From NCBI GenBank assembly GCA_018062765.1, contig JAGORR010000001.1:442485-506484 (forward strand): a stretch of 64,000 bases of DNA, given 5' to 3'. The position numbers were made by a program, and so were the translations under genes. Positions 37,793 through 46,589 of the stretch are shown piece after piece. Positions within the stretch are counted from its first letter, which is position 1. Each line of letters starts with the position of its first letter. The notes beneath the pieces are model-generated. The model saw only the letters and a list, made by a program, of their open reading frames with translations, ran no database searches and was not told where the DNA came from. This DNA comes from Minisyncoccota bacterium. GTDB lineage: Bacteria > Patescibacteriota > Minisyncoccia > Phycocordibacterales > Phycocordibacteraceae.

Positions 37793-38443
37793 ATGCCTTG
37801 GGTGGCATCACTCACTCCTGAGCGGCAGCGCGAAGCAGTACGCTTGTACGAGAGCGGATTAAGCGCACAACAGACTGCCGACCAGCTCGGGACTAGCCTA
37901 GATGCCGTTTTCTATGCTCTTCGAAAATTGAAGGTTCCTCGCAGATCTATTCATGAATCGAATCGCATTAGATTCGAGCGAAGTCCACTTTCATATAGTC
38001 TAAAAGCGGAACTAACAGATAAGGAGGAGAGATTGAAGATAGCTGCGGTCATGCTGTACTGGGCCGAAGGATACAAAATTGGAGCAACCATTGACTTTGC
38101 CAATTCTGATCCTGAGATGGCCGCATTGTTTATGCAGTTTCTTGTCAGGATATGCGGGGTCAATCGTGCGCGAGTACGATGCCACCTGTACTGCTATGAG
38201 GGACAAGATGTGGATTCGCTAACCGCCTTTTGGAGCAAATTGTTGGACGTCCCACAGTCTCAGTTCATAAAGCCGTATATTAATCGAAAATTACAGCCCG
38301 GTCCTAGGGGTCCAAGAATGATTCACGGTCTAATTCACATATGCTATTGTGACAAACGCTTACTTACTCAAATCCTCAATTGGATAGCGGAGTACAGCCA
38401 AGAATGCGTCGGTGGCGGAGCGGTCAATCGCACGGGACTGTAA
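37793..38443 (+). CDS. hypothetical HTH-containing protein whose 3' end overlaps tRNA-Tyr
   Basis: Sigma-70 region-4-like HTH (LYESGLSAQQTADQLGTSLDAV). Start is uncertain: 37754 or 37793. The last 38 nt overlap the tRNA gene. Confidence 0.4.
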   Translation: MPWVASLTPERQREAVRLYESGLSAQQTADQLGTSLDAVFYALRKLKVPRRSIHESNRIRFERSPLSYSLKAELTDKEERLKIAAVMLYWAEGYKIGATIDFANSDPEMAALFMQFLVRICGVNRARVRCHLYCYEGQDVDSLTAFWSKLLDVPQSQFIKPYINRKLQPGPRGPRMIHGLIHICYCDKRLLTQILNWIAEYSQECVGGGAVNRTGL

Positions 38444-38489
38444 ATCCCGCGACTTAATGTCTACGCAGGTTCGAATCCTGCCCGGCGCA
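38406..38489 (+). tRNA. tRNA-Tyr (anticodon GTA), class II with long variable arm
   Basis: Cloverleaf folded by hand. Acceptor GCGTCGG/CCGGCGC with one G-U. D-arm contains GG. Anticodon stem CGGGA/TCCCG with loop CTGTAAA. Variable arm contains GAC/GTC. T-arm GCAGG-TTCGAAT-CCTGC. Discriminator A. CCA is not encoded. Confidence 0.8.
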
Positions 38490-38496
38490 CAAATGA

Positions 38497-38520
38497 AAAG
38501 GCCCGCAAGGGCTATTTTCA
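38497..38520 (+). terminator. terminator-like hairpin after tRNA-Tyr
   Basis: aaaaggccc-gcaa-gggct followed by attttcattt. Confidence 0.4.
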
Positions 38521-38758
38521 TTTGGGCCGGAGTAGGGTCTGGGAGACCCTACGCAGAGGATTCGAAAGCCGCAGCGCGACGGCGCGAGGCGAGGTCGCGG
38601 AACTTTCTAGCAGGAAAGTATCTGTGACCGAATCCTGATTCGAAGGCGAGCGCGGTCTACAGGCTCAGCAGAGCCTGTCGTGCGAGCGTGGCTAGGCGGA
38701 GCACCGAGTGACGACCAGATGCAAGCACTTAGCCGAATACAACCCGGCGCACACGAAC
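38521..38758 (+). ncRNA. candidate structured non-coding region (unknown class) ending in an 11-nt copy of the tRNA-Tyr 3' end
   Basis: No plausible ORF. It contains multiple hairpins (GGGTCT/AGACCC, AGGATTCG/CGAATCCT, CGCGAC/GTCGCG). It is bounded by two terminator-like hairpins. CCCGGCGCACA at 38735-38745 duplicates 38481-38491. Confidence 0.3.
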
Positions 38759-38786
38759 GAAAAATCCCTAACGGGATTTTTTTGTG
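38759..38786 (+). terminator. rho-independent terminator
   Basis: aaaatccc-taac-gggattttttt. Confidence 0.55.
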
Positions 38787-38910
38787 TTTAGTTTCTTATC
38801 CACTCATGTCCGTTCTTCCCCCGTTCACAAAATCAGCATTGAGGCGTATGCTCCTACACGGTCCAGTTCCGGGCCGTTTTTGTTAAAACACTTGAGCATA
38901 GGGGGCATGC

Positions 38911-39210
38911 ATGAGCATGCAAGCAGTGGAGTCTGTATCACCTGCCGCCTCAAAACCGGCAAAGGTGGAGCGAGCGGGCATCGGCACGATTGTCGTGGTC
39001 GATGTCACTCACAAGGGTGGCAGCATGGAGACCAAGTCGTTCAAACTGGCCAAGGCCGGCGAGAGCGATCTGATGCAGCAGCCCGCGGTCATCGGCATTG
39101 ACTGCGCATGGGGCAAGGCGCTCAACAAGCGGAAAGTCGGCGAACGGCTCACGCTTGAGGTTCCAGGCGGCGCCACCTACAGACTGCGTATCGCACGCAT
39201 ACACGGGTAA
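38911..39210 (+). CDS. stand-alone GreA/GreB C-terminal (FKBP-like) domain protein, Rnk-like (99 aa)
   Basis: SD ggggg 5 nt before the ATG. GIDCAWGKALNKRKVGERLTLEVPGGATYRLRIARI resembles the GreA CTD (S.LG.AL.GK.VGD...V..P.G...Y.I..I). Confidence 0.5.
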   Translation: MSMQAVESVSPAASKPAKVERAGIGTIVVVDVTHKGGSMETKSFKLAKAGESDLMQQPAVIGIDCAWGKALNKRKVGERLTLEVPGGATYRLRIARIHG

Positions 39211-39280
39211 TTCCGCATTCACGTTCGAGGCCGCGCAATTTGGCGCGGCCTTCGTATTTCCCATGTGCTAGGATGTCGCC

Positions 39281-40219
39281 ATGGCAAAACCACGGCTCTT
39301 AACCGGGATTCAATCCTCGGGCGCACTCCACATCGGGAATTATTTCGGTGCACTGAAGCCGTTTGCAGATACGTATAGTGAATACGACAGTTTCTTGATG
39401 GTCGCGGACTATCACTCCCTTACTTCCTTGCGAGACCCGGAAGCGGTGCGCCGCAACAGCCTTGAAGTAGTCAAGGACTATGTGGCCGCAGGAGTTAATC
39501 CGGAGGAAGCGGTTATTTTCAAACAATCAGACGTAGCGGAGCACACGGAGCTTGCCTGGATATTCGACTGCCTGGTTACGGTCCCGTTCCTTATGCAGGC
39601 GCATGCATATAAAGACAAGACAGCGAAGGGGCTAGAGGCAAACGCAGGACTTTTCACCTACCCCATGCTTATGGCGGCCGACATCCTCCTCTATGACGCG
39701 GTCGCTGTGCCTGTTGGCGAGGACCAGCGCCAGCACATCGAGTACGCGCGCGAGGCCGCATCGAAGTTCAACACTGCGTACGGAGCACTTTTCACAGAAC
39801 CCAAGGAGATGATTCTAAAGGCGGTGGGTGTCGTGCCCGGCACCGACGGACAGAAGATGTCTAAGAGCTACGGGAACGTCATCCCGCTGTTCGCCTCAAA
39901 AGACGAGGTGGCAAAAGCGGTCATGAGCATCGTTACAGACTCTAGCGGAGAGCGCCCGGAGAATGTGTACGCAATTCACAAGCTTCTGAAGTCCGAGGAG
40001 GAACTTGCACCTCTCTATACTGAGCACGCAGGTAAGTACAAGGCGCTTAAGGAGGCGCTTATCGAGGACCTCGATGCGTATTTCGCACCAATGCGCGAAA
40101 AGCGCGAGGGAATTTCGGACGATGATGCACGCGACATTCTTGCTCGCGGCGCCGCGAAGGCGAAGGCGGTAGCGAGCGCGAAGATGGAAGCAGTTCGAAA
40201 GGCAGTCGGCGTCGCTTGA
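39281..40219 (+). CDS. trpS: tryptophan-tRNA ligase
   Basis: Class I fold with TGIQSSGALHIGNY (HIGH-like) and KMSKSYGN motifs. Confidence 0.92.
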   Translation: MAKPRLLTGIQSSGALHIGNYFGALKPFADTYSEYDSFLMVADYHSLTSLRDPEAVRRNSLEVVKDYVAAGVNPEEAVIFKQSDVAEHTELAWIFDCLVTVPFLMQAHAYKDKTAKGLEANAGLFTYPMLMAADILLYDAVAVPVGEDQRQHIEYAREAASKFNTAYGALFTEPKEMILKAVGVVPGTDGQKMSKSYGNVIPLFASKDEVAKAVMSIVTDSSGERPENVYAIHKLLKSEEELAPLYTEHAGKYKALKEALIEDLDAYFAPMREKREGISDDDARDILARGAAKAKAVASAKMEAVRKAVGVA

Positions 40220-40278
40220 TACCGGCGCTAAAGCGCGTATAGTCCGGGGCAGACCAGTTTTGGTCGGGGAGGTGAACC

Positions 40279-40602
40279 ATGAAGACGGGCTTAGAACTTT
40301 TACGTGAAGTCCTTTCTTCCGTATCGCTCGGACAGCATCCGACGAGCCGTATCAATCAGCAGTTCGTGTTCACAAGCGAGCGGGGCCGACCGGTGCTCGG
40401 CACGATTGTCGAGATCGACTACAATCCGGATACACAGACGCTGCTTCTTGTGACCGCGGCGCACTCGCAACTCACCTGCAACATTGAGTGGACAAAGGGG
40501 ACTCGGAAGAAGCCAGCGCGACCCGTGCTTCAAAGCAAGACGGAATGGACGTTTCTTGCGGCAGGACGCGGCCGGCACATGGGAACCGCCGCATTCCCCT
40601 GA
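40279..40602 (+). CDS. hypothetical protein (107 aa)
   Basis: SD ggaggtg upstream. Confidence 0.45.
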   Translation: MKTGLELLREVLSSVSLGQHPTSRINQQFVFTSERGRPVLGTIVEIDYNPDTQTLLLVTAAHSQLTCNIEWTKGTRKKPARPVLQSKTEWTFLAAGRGRHMGTAAFP

Positions 40603-40616
40603 CCGCAGCAGACAAG

Positions 40617-40657
40617 CCCGAACGCCCGCGCAAAACCTGCGCGGGCGTGCTATTTTT
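40617..40657 (+). terminator. rho-independent terminator
   Basis: gcccgcgcaaaacctgcgcgggc followed by gtgctattttt. Confidence 0.55.
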
Positions 40658-40665
40658 GAACTCAT

Positions 40666-42015
40666 ATGACACGGGTACTGATAGGGGACCTGGGAAGCCA
40701 GGTAGGGAATGAGGTGACCATCCAGGGCTGGGTGGACGTCCGCCGAGACCAGGGAAAGATGGTCTTCTTCGATTTTCGTGACCGCTCAGGGAAGGTACAG
40801 GGCGTCGTTCTTCCAGGCTCGGAAGCGCTTGAAACGGCAAAAGAGACGCGGAGCGAATTCGTGGTTTCTGTCACTGGCCTCGTCAACAAGCGCCCAGATA
40901 AGAATGTGCAAGCGGACAAGCAGAACGGAGACATCGAGCTTGAAGTGAAAGGCATCACGGTGCTCGCGGCCGCAGAAACCCTGCCGTTTGAACTTGGTAC
41001 TGAACTCAACCTCGACACACACCTCGACAATCTTCCTTTGACGCTCCGTACGGAGCGGAGCCGCGCAATATTTAAGGTGCAGGCGGAAATCATTCGCGCA
41101 TACCGCGCATTCCTTACGCAGGAGGGATTCACTGAGTTCCAAGCGCCGAAACTCATCGGAGACGACGCGGAGGGCTCTGGTGCCGTATACGAAGTCCCGT
41201 ATTTCTACGGAAAGACCGCGCACCTTGCGACCTCACCTCAGCTCTACAAGCAGATCATGGTGGGAGCCCTCGAACGCGTATTCTGCGCCGGTATCGTCTT
41301 CCGCGCGGAAAAGCACGCGACAACTCGCCACTTGAACGAATACACCTCCTTGGATATGGAGATGGGATTCATTAAGGACCACCGTGACCTGATGAATCTT
41401 GAGACCCGCCTTATGCGATTTATCGCGGATGCGCTTAAGGAAAAGTGCGCGACAGAATTTGCGCTCCTTGGCGCCATGATTCCGAACGTTCCGGAGGAGA
41501 TTCCAACGATGAAGTTGCGTGAAGCTCAGGAACTTATATTTAAGGAGACCGGAAAGGATAAGCGCGGGGAGCCAGACCTCGAGCCTGAGGACGAGCGTTG
41601 GCTCTGCGAGTGGGCGGCCAAAGAGAAAGGTTCTGACTTTGTGTTCGTGACCCATTACCCGGTCGCGAAGCGCCCCATGTACACCATGGAGGACTCGGAG
41701 GACCCAGGGTTCACCAAAAGCTTCGACCTTTTGTTCCGCGGCGTCGAGATTACGACCGGCGGACAGCGTCGCCACGAGTACGAGAACCTTATCGCGGGCA
41801 TTCGGATGAAGGGACTCGAGCCGGAAGCGTTTAGCTACTACCTCCAGGCCTTTAAGCACGGTATGCCGCCGCATGGCGGCTGGGGCATGGGCCTTGAGCG
41901 TCTCACCGCAAAATTCCTGAACGTCCAGAACGTGAAGGAAGCGACGCTCTTCCCTCGTGACATCAACCGCATCGACACGCGCCTGTCAGAGACCGCGAGC
42001 GAGGAGCCCGCATGA
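40666..42015 (+). CDS. aspS: aspartate-tRNA ligase, archaeal/eukaryotic type (class IIb, possibly non-discriminating)
   Basis: Motif 2 FRAEKHATTRHLNEYTSLDMEMGF and the C-terminus PPHGGWGMGLERL...LFPRD match euk/archaeal AspRS rather than bacterial AspRS. The 449-aa length also fits. Confidence 0.8.
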   Translation: MTRVLIGDLGSQVGNEVTIQGWVDVRRDQGKMVFFDFRDRSGKVQGVVLPGSEALETAKETRSEFVVSVTGLVNKRPDKNVQADKQNGDIELEVKGITVLAAAETLPFELGTELNLDTHLDNLPLTLRTERSRAIFKVQAEIIRAYRAFLTQEGFTEFQAPKLIGDDAEGSGAVYEVPYFYGKTAHLATSPQLYKQIMVGALERVFCAGIVFRAEKHATTRHLNEYTSLDMEMGFIKDHRDLMNLETRLMRFIADALKEKCATEFALLGAMIPNVPEEIPTMKLREAQELIFKETGKDKRGEPDLEPEDERWLCEWAAKEKGSDFVFVTHYPVAKRPMYTMEDSEDPGFTKSFDLLFRGVEITTGGQRRHEYENLIAGIRMKGLEPEAFSYYLQAFKHGMPPHGGWGMGLERLTAKFLNVQNVKEATLFPRDINRIDTRLSETASEEPA

Positions 42016-43433
42016 AAATAACCTTTCCGAAGGGTTCTATAGAAGAAGCCTCGAAAGGCGTTCTTCGCGTGCGCCTTACCGAGGAATCGGGTGTAAAGCG
42101 CATCGTGCGCGAGAATGGCGCAGAGTGGCTTGAGATAGGGGTCGGAAAGGGAACCGAGATGACCAAGCGCCGGTTCATCATCTTGTGCAGAAAGATCGTG
42201 CGACTCGCTAAGGAGGCGAAGGCGAAGCGAGTTGCCGTGCAGTTTGATACAACCCCGTGGCTTTTTACCCGGCTCGCAAAAGAGACAATGCCGGAATGGG
42301 TATCGCAGGCAGCTGCAGAGAATTTCGTACTCGCAAACCATGAGTTTCGTACTTATAAGTCGAAGCCAAAAGAGGGTTGGACTGACGTAGAGGAGATACT
42401 CGCGTACGGGCGTTCGGACGCACCGATACAGGCCGCTGCCCGGAAGGGACTATTGGTCGGTGAGGCGGTAAACGCTTGCCGGGAGCTCGCGAACACTCCA
42501 GGTGGGGACATGACCCCAAAGACCCTCGCCAAAGCCGCAAAAGACGCCGTAAAGGGCCTTCCAGTCCGCGTTACGACTCTGGGGAAGCGCGAGATGGAGA
42601 AACTCTCCATGGGGGCTGTCCTAGGGGTCGCCAAGGGCTCATCTGAGGAGCCTACGTTTACCGTCATGGAGTACAAGGGCGGCGGAAAATCCGCGCCGAT
42701 TGTTCTCGCTGGAAAGGGCGTCACTTTTGACTCTGGCGGCCTTAACCTCAAGTCCGAAAGCGGAATCTATGAGATGCACATGGATATGTCGGGCGCTGCA
42801 TCAGTCATACACGCAGTTGCGCTCGCCGCACGTCTGAAGCTTAAGAAGAATGTCATCGGACTCATTCCTGCAGTGGAGAATATGCCAGGCAACGGTGCGT
42901 ACCGGCCGGGTGACGTGCTTCGCTCGATGTCCGGGAAAACGATAGAAGTTTTGAATACGGACGCTGAGGGGCGCCTCATTCTTGCAGACGCGCTTACGTA
43001 CGCGGCGCGCTTTAAGCCTGCCATCGTCATCGATGTCGCAACTCTTACGGGCGCGGCGATGGTTGCGCTCGGCCTTCACGCTTCGGGACTCATGACGCGC
43101 GACGACAAGCTCGCGTCGACCATTGAGAAACTCGGCGAGGATTCTGGGGACTACGTCTGGCGACTTCCTTTGTGGGACGAGTACGAGGAGGGCGTAAAAG
43201 GAACCTTCGCGGATCTTGCGAACGTTCCTGGTAACGGTTCCTCAAGCCGGTATGGGGGAGCCACAAACGGCGGCATGTTCCTGTGGCAGTTCGCCAAGGA
43301 CCTTAACTGCCCATGGGCACACCTCGACATCGCACCACGCATGACATCCGCCCCCGGTGATGAGCTCTGCAAGGGTGCTGCTGGCGCACCTGTTCGACTG
43401 CTTCTCAAGTTTATAGAGCAGTATTCCGCATAG
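42012..43433 (+). CDS. pepA: leucyl aminopeptidase (M17)
   Basis: NTDAEGRLILADAL signature and metal-binding residues. Confidence 0.9.
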   Translation: MKITFPKGSIEEASKGVLRVRLTEESGVKRIVRENGAEWLEIGVGKGTEMTKRRFIILCRKIVRLAKEAKAKRVAVQFDTTPWLFTRLAKETMPEWVSQAAAENFVLANHEFRTYKSKPKEGWTDVEEILAYGRSDAPIQAAARKGLLVGEAVNACRELANTPGGDMTPKTLAKAAKDAVKGLPVRVTTLGKREMEKLSMGAVLGVAKGSSEEPTFTVMEYKGGGKSAPIVLAGKGVTFDSGGLNLKSESGIYEMHMDMSGAASVIHAVALAARLKLKKNVIGLIPAVENMPGNGAYRPGDVLRSMSGKTIEVLNTDAEGRLILADALTYAARFKPAIVIDVATLTGAAMVALGLHASGLMTRDDKLASTIEKLGEDSGDYVWRLPLWDEYEEGVKGTFADLANVPGNGSSSRYGGATNGGMFLWQFAKDLNCPWAHLDIAPRMTSAPGDELCKGAAGAPVRLLLKFIEQYSA

Positions 43434-43448
43434 CCTATACTGATAGGC

Positions 43449-44198
43449 ATGGGTGAGAACCTCTCCATACTTCCGAAAACTAACTACACGCTACGTACCG
43501 CGGCCTATGAGGGCCCATTCGAGCTCGTCTTAGACCTTATTGAGCGCAAGCAGATGCTCGTCAACGAGCTATCGCTGGCAGAAGTTACGGATGATTTCAT
43601 ACAACAGGTGCGCGGGAAGGCGGAATTCCCGATGGAGGATGCGACGAACTTCATCGCGGTTGCAGCGACGCTCCTGCTTATCAAGTCGAAGTCGCTTATC
43701 CCAGAGCTTGAGCTTTCTAAGGACGAAGAGGAGAGCATGGATGAGCTTCAGAAACGCCTCGCCCTCTATGAGAAGGCGCGGGAGGCTGCGCGCGAGCTGT
43801 CACGCCTCATTGGCCGCTCCGTAATGATAGAAGCTGGGGAGCGCGAGCCAGAGCCCGTGTTCGCTCCCGCGAAAGACATGACGCTGTTCGCGCTTTCGAA
43901 CGCGCTTCACGAAGCGCTATCAGCGCTCGAGAAGCTCGATGTGAAGCCGGAGGTACGAGTAAAGTCCACCGTCACCATCGAGGAGATGATGGATAGTCTT
44001 ATGACTCGCGTACAGGGTGCTTTAACCCTTTCGTTCAAACAGTTTTCAGGAAGCGCCAAGGACAAGGTGGAGGTCATTGTGTCCTTCCTCGCGCTTCTGG
44101 AATTGGTGAAACAAGGCTCTATAGAAGCAGCCCAGCAGAGCGACTTCGGCGACATCACCCTATCAAACGCATCAGCGTCGGTACCTAGGTACGGTTAG
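43449..44198 (+). CDS. scpA: segregation and condensation protein A
   Basis: N-terminal FEGPFELVLDLIERKQM block typical of ScpA. Confidence 0.8.
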   Translation: MGENLSILPKTNYTLRTAAYEGPFELVLDLIERKQMLVNELSLAEVTDDFIQQVRGKAEFPMEDATNFIAVAATLLLIKSKSLIPELELSKDEEESMDELQKRLALYEKAREAARELSRLIGRSVMIEAGEREPEPVFAPAKDMTLFALSNALHEALSALEKLDVKPEVRVKSTVTIEEMMDSLMTRVQGALTLSFKQFSGSAKDKVEVIVSFLALLELVKQGSIEAAQQSDFGDITLSNASASVPRYG

Positions 44199-44962
44199 GG
44201 GAGAATATAAATCAGGAATATCGCACCGAGGACAATGCGGTAGTAGCCGAATGGTGCAAAGCCGTAGCGGCGCACCGCCTTAAGCAAGAGCCGCATGGAG
44301 AAACGTGCAACCGCAAACGAGACCAGGAACCCGACGATGAGGTAGAACGTGTCGTCAAAGGTAAATAAGTGCGCGCTCCGCAAAAGATCATAGCTGGTTG
44401 CGGCAAGCATGGTGGGGACGGCCAACAGGAACGAGAACTCCACGATGGCGACACGACTCATACCAAGTGATAATCCGCCGATGATGGTCGCTGCGGAACG
44501 CGAGACGCCCGGAATCATCGCAATAGCCTGAAAAAGTCCCACAAAGAATGCTGTGCGCATGGTCATAGGCGCTTTGGCATCCTCGCCCTTAGGTTCCCGG
44601 TGGTACGCCTCGAACGTGACCATGGCGACGCCGCCTGCGATGAGCGCCCACGCAACGACCGCACCATTCCCGATGAGGTATTCCTTTATGAAGCTGTAGA
44701 AGACAAGGCCGAGGACACCGGTGGGCAGGAAGGCGATAGCAAGACGTTTTAAGAGCTCCTTGTCGAAGAATCGGTCGTAGTAGAGAACCACGACTGCGAG
44801 GATGGCACCAAGCTGAATAGCAATCTGAAAAGACTTAAGCGCCTCTGTGGATTCAATACCAAACAACTGTGACGCGAGAATGAGGTGCCCGGTCGAGGAG
44901 ATGGGGAGAAACTCTGTGAAGCCCTCGAGCGCTCCGAGGAATATGCTCTCAATCAACGTCAT
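44195..44962 (-). CDS. uppP: undecaprenyl-diphosphate phosphatase
   Basis: BacA family with GxTEFLPISSTGHL motif. Start taken at MTLIESIF. Confidence 0.9.
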   Translation of the reverse strand: MTLIESIFLGALEGFTEFLPISSTGHLILASQLFGIESTEALKSFQIAIQLGAILAVVVLYYDRFFDKELLKRLAIAFLPTGVLGLVFYSFIKEYLIGNGAVVAWALIAGGVAMVTFEAYHREPKGEDAKAPMTMRTAFFVGLFQAIAMIPGVSRSAATIIGGLSLGMSRVAIVEFSFLLAVPTMLAATSYDLLRSAHLFTFDDTFYLIVGFLVSFAVARFSMRLLLKAVRRYGFAPFGYYRIVLGAIFLIYILP

Positions 44963-45089
44963 ATAACCCACAGTATAACAATCGCTCGACATACTTCGTT
45001 CCAGGGGTGTTCTCCAGGCCGCGCCCCAGGCCTTAACCCCCTTCCACGAATATGTCTCCTAGAGTTTCGTTTGCTACAATACGAAGACT

Positions 45090-45644
45090 ATGGCGGCATC
45101 CGTAAGCGCCCTTATCGAAGCCGTCCTCTTCGCAGAGGGCGGCCCGGTTACCAAAAAGCGTCTCGGGACGCTGCTTGGCATCGGTGATGCGGCACTCCTC
45201 GCGGGCGCTCACGAGCTTTCAGAGCTCCTCTCCAATCGTGGTCTTGCGCTCGTAGAGACGGAGACGGAGTTAGAGCTCCGTACGAGTCCTGAGACAGGAG
45301 ACATCGTAAAGAAACTCCGCGAGAGCGAACTCTCAAAGGACCTCGGGAAAGCAGGGCTCGAGACGCTCGCCATCATCCTCTACCGTGGCGGAGCCTCGCG
45401 AAGCGAGATTGACTGGATACGCGGGGTGAATTCCGGACAGACCGTGCGATCGCTCCTGTTACGCGGTCTCGTCTCGCGGAGCGAGGATCCGGGCGATAAG
45501 CGCCGGTTCCGCTACTCGGCCACGACCGACGCCTTGGCGCATCTTGGCGTCTCTCGGCTTAGTGACCTCCCGCGCTACGCTGAACTTAAAAGTGAGGCTG
45601 GTGCTGCTATAGCGCGAGCTGAGGCAGAAGTCGCTCCAAGCTAG
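45090..45644 (+). CDS. scpB: segregation and condensation protein B
   Basis: Two winged-helix repeats (AILYRGG.SRSEID). Confidence 0.85.
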   Translation: MAASVSALIEAVLFAEGGPVTKKRLGTLLGIGDAALLAGAHELSELLSNRGLALVETETELELRTSPETGDIVKKLRESELSKDLGKAGLETLAIILYRGGASRSEIDWIRGVNSGQTVRSLLLRGLVSRSEDPGDKRRFRYSATTDALAHLGVSRLSDLPRYAELKSEAGAAIARAEAEVAPS

Positions 45645-45645
45645 T

Positions 45646-46587
45646 ATGGCGTTCCCGAATCTTTCGAAAGTAGCGGACGCTACCCGCCAGCAGAAGCAGG
45701 CTGGTATCGCTCTTATCCTCTCGGTCGCGGTCCTCGCCGGACTTGTGTACTTCTTTCCGAAGGGGAAGGAGGAGCCGATTGTCGAAGCACCTCCTGTTGA
45801 AGTTCGCCCTGATGCCTACGCGAACATACGTTTGACCGGGAAGGCGGCGGTGGTCTACGACCTTTCCACGGGCCACGCACTTTATGAAAAGAATGCCCGG
45901 ACACAGCTACCCTTGGCATCCCTCACCAAGCTTCTGACCGCATACGCGGCGGCGGACGCTCTCATGATGAATGCGCCGATAGTACTAACCCCTGAAGCAC
46001 TATCAGCAGAAGGTGATAGCGGATTCTCGATTGGGGAGTCATTCAGCGTGGCGGACCTTACGAAACTCGCCTTGGTAGCGTCCTCAAACGACGCAGCAGC
46101 AGCACTCGCGCTTGAGGCAGGAAGCGTAAGACAGAAGGATTCCGAAGCGCTCCTTAAAAGCGCGGCTGCAGCAGTAGGTCTTTCGCAGACGTATGCCCTT
46201 AATGGCACCGGACTCGATGAGACTGATTCTTTATCGGGCGGCTACGGTTCTGCCTACGACATCGCGCTCCTTGCAGGCGCTGTTGCAAAAAAAATGCCCG
46301 AAGTTGCAAACGCAACGACCAAGCCATCGGTCTCTGTAACCTCGCACCAGGGCGTTACTCACAGCCTTCCAAATACAGACACACTGGTGGATAGCTTTCC
46401 TGGGCTCCTGCTCTCTAAGACCGGGTATACGGAGTTGGCAGGTGGAAATTTGGCAATCGTCTTTGACGCATCGTTTGGACACCCTGTCGCGGTCGTGGTC
46501 CTCGGCTCTACACGCGATGAACGATTCAGCGACGTGAGCGAGCTTGTGGACGCAACCATCGCGCACTTTGGCGGTGTCACCCCCTAG
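45646..46587 (+). CDS. D-alanyl-D-alanine carboxypeptidase (S11, PBP5/DacA-like)
   Basis: SLTK (SxxK), SSND (SxN) and KTG motifs, after a signal/TM anchor. Confidence 0.85.
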   Translation: MAFPNLSKVADATRQQKQAGIALILSVAVLAGLVYFFPKGKEEPIVEAPPVEVRPDAYANIRLTGKAAVVYDLSTGHALYEKNARTQLPLASLTKLLTAYAAADALMMNAPIVLTPEALSAEGDSGFSIGESFSVADLTKLALVASSNDAAAALALEAGSVRQKDSEALLKSAAAAVGLSQTYALNGTGLDETDSLSGGYGSAYDIALLAGAVAKKMPEVANATTKPSVSVTSHQGVTHSLPNTDTLVDSFPGLLLSKTGYTELAGGNLAIVFDASFGHPVAVVVLGSTRDERFSDVSELVDATIAHFGGVTP

Positions 46588-46589
46588 TT

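Noticed and set aside
37793-38443. LAGLIDADG-type homing endonuclease or intron-encoded protein associated with tRNA-Tyr
   Set aside because: Only a weak LYWAEGYK resemblance. The ORF lies upstream of and overlaps the tRNA rather than interrupting it. It is called only as an HTH protein.
38521-38758. tmRNA (standard or two-piece permuted) downstream of tRNA-Tyr
   Set aside because: There is no 5' strand complementary to the tRNA-like acceptor 3' strand. No tag reading frame ends in a hydrophobic ...AA-stop. No second T-arm is present. The region is kept only as an unclassified structured candidate.
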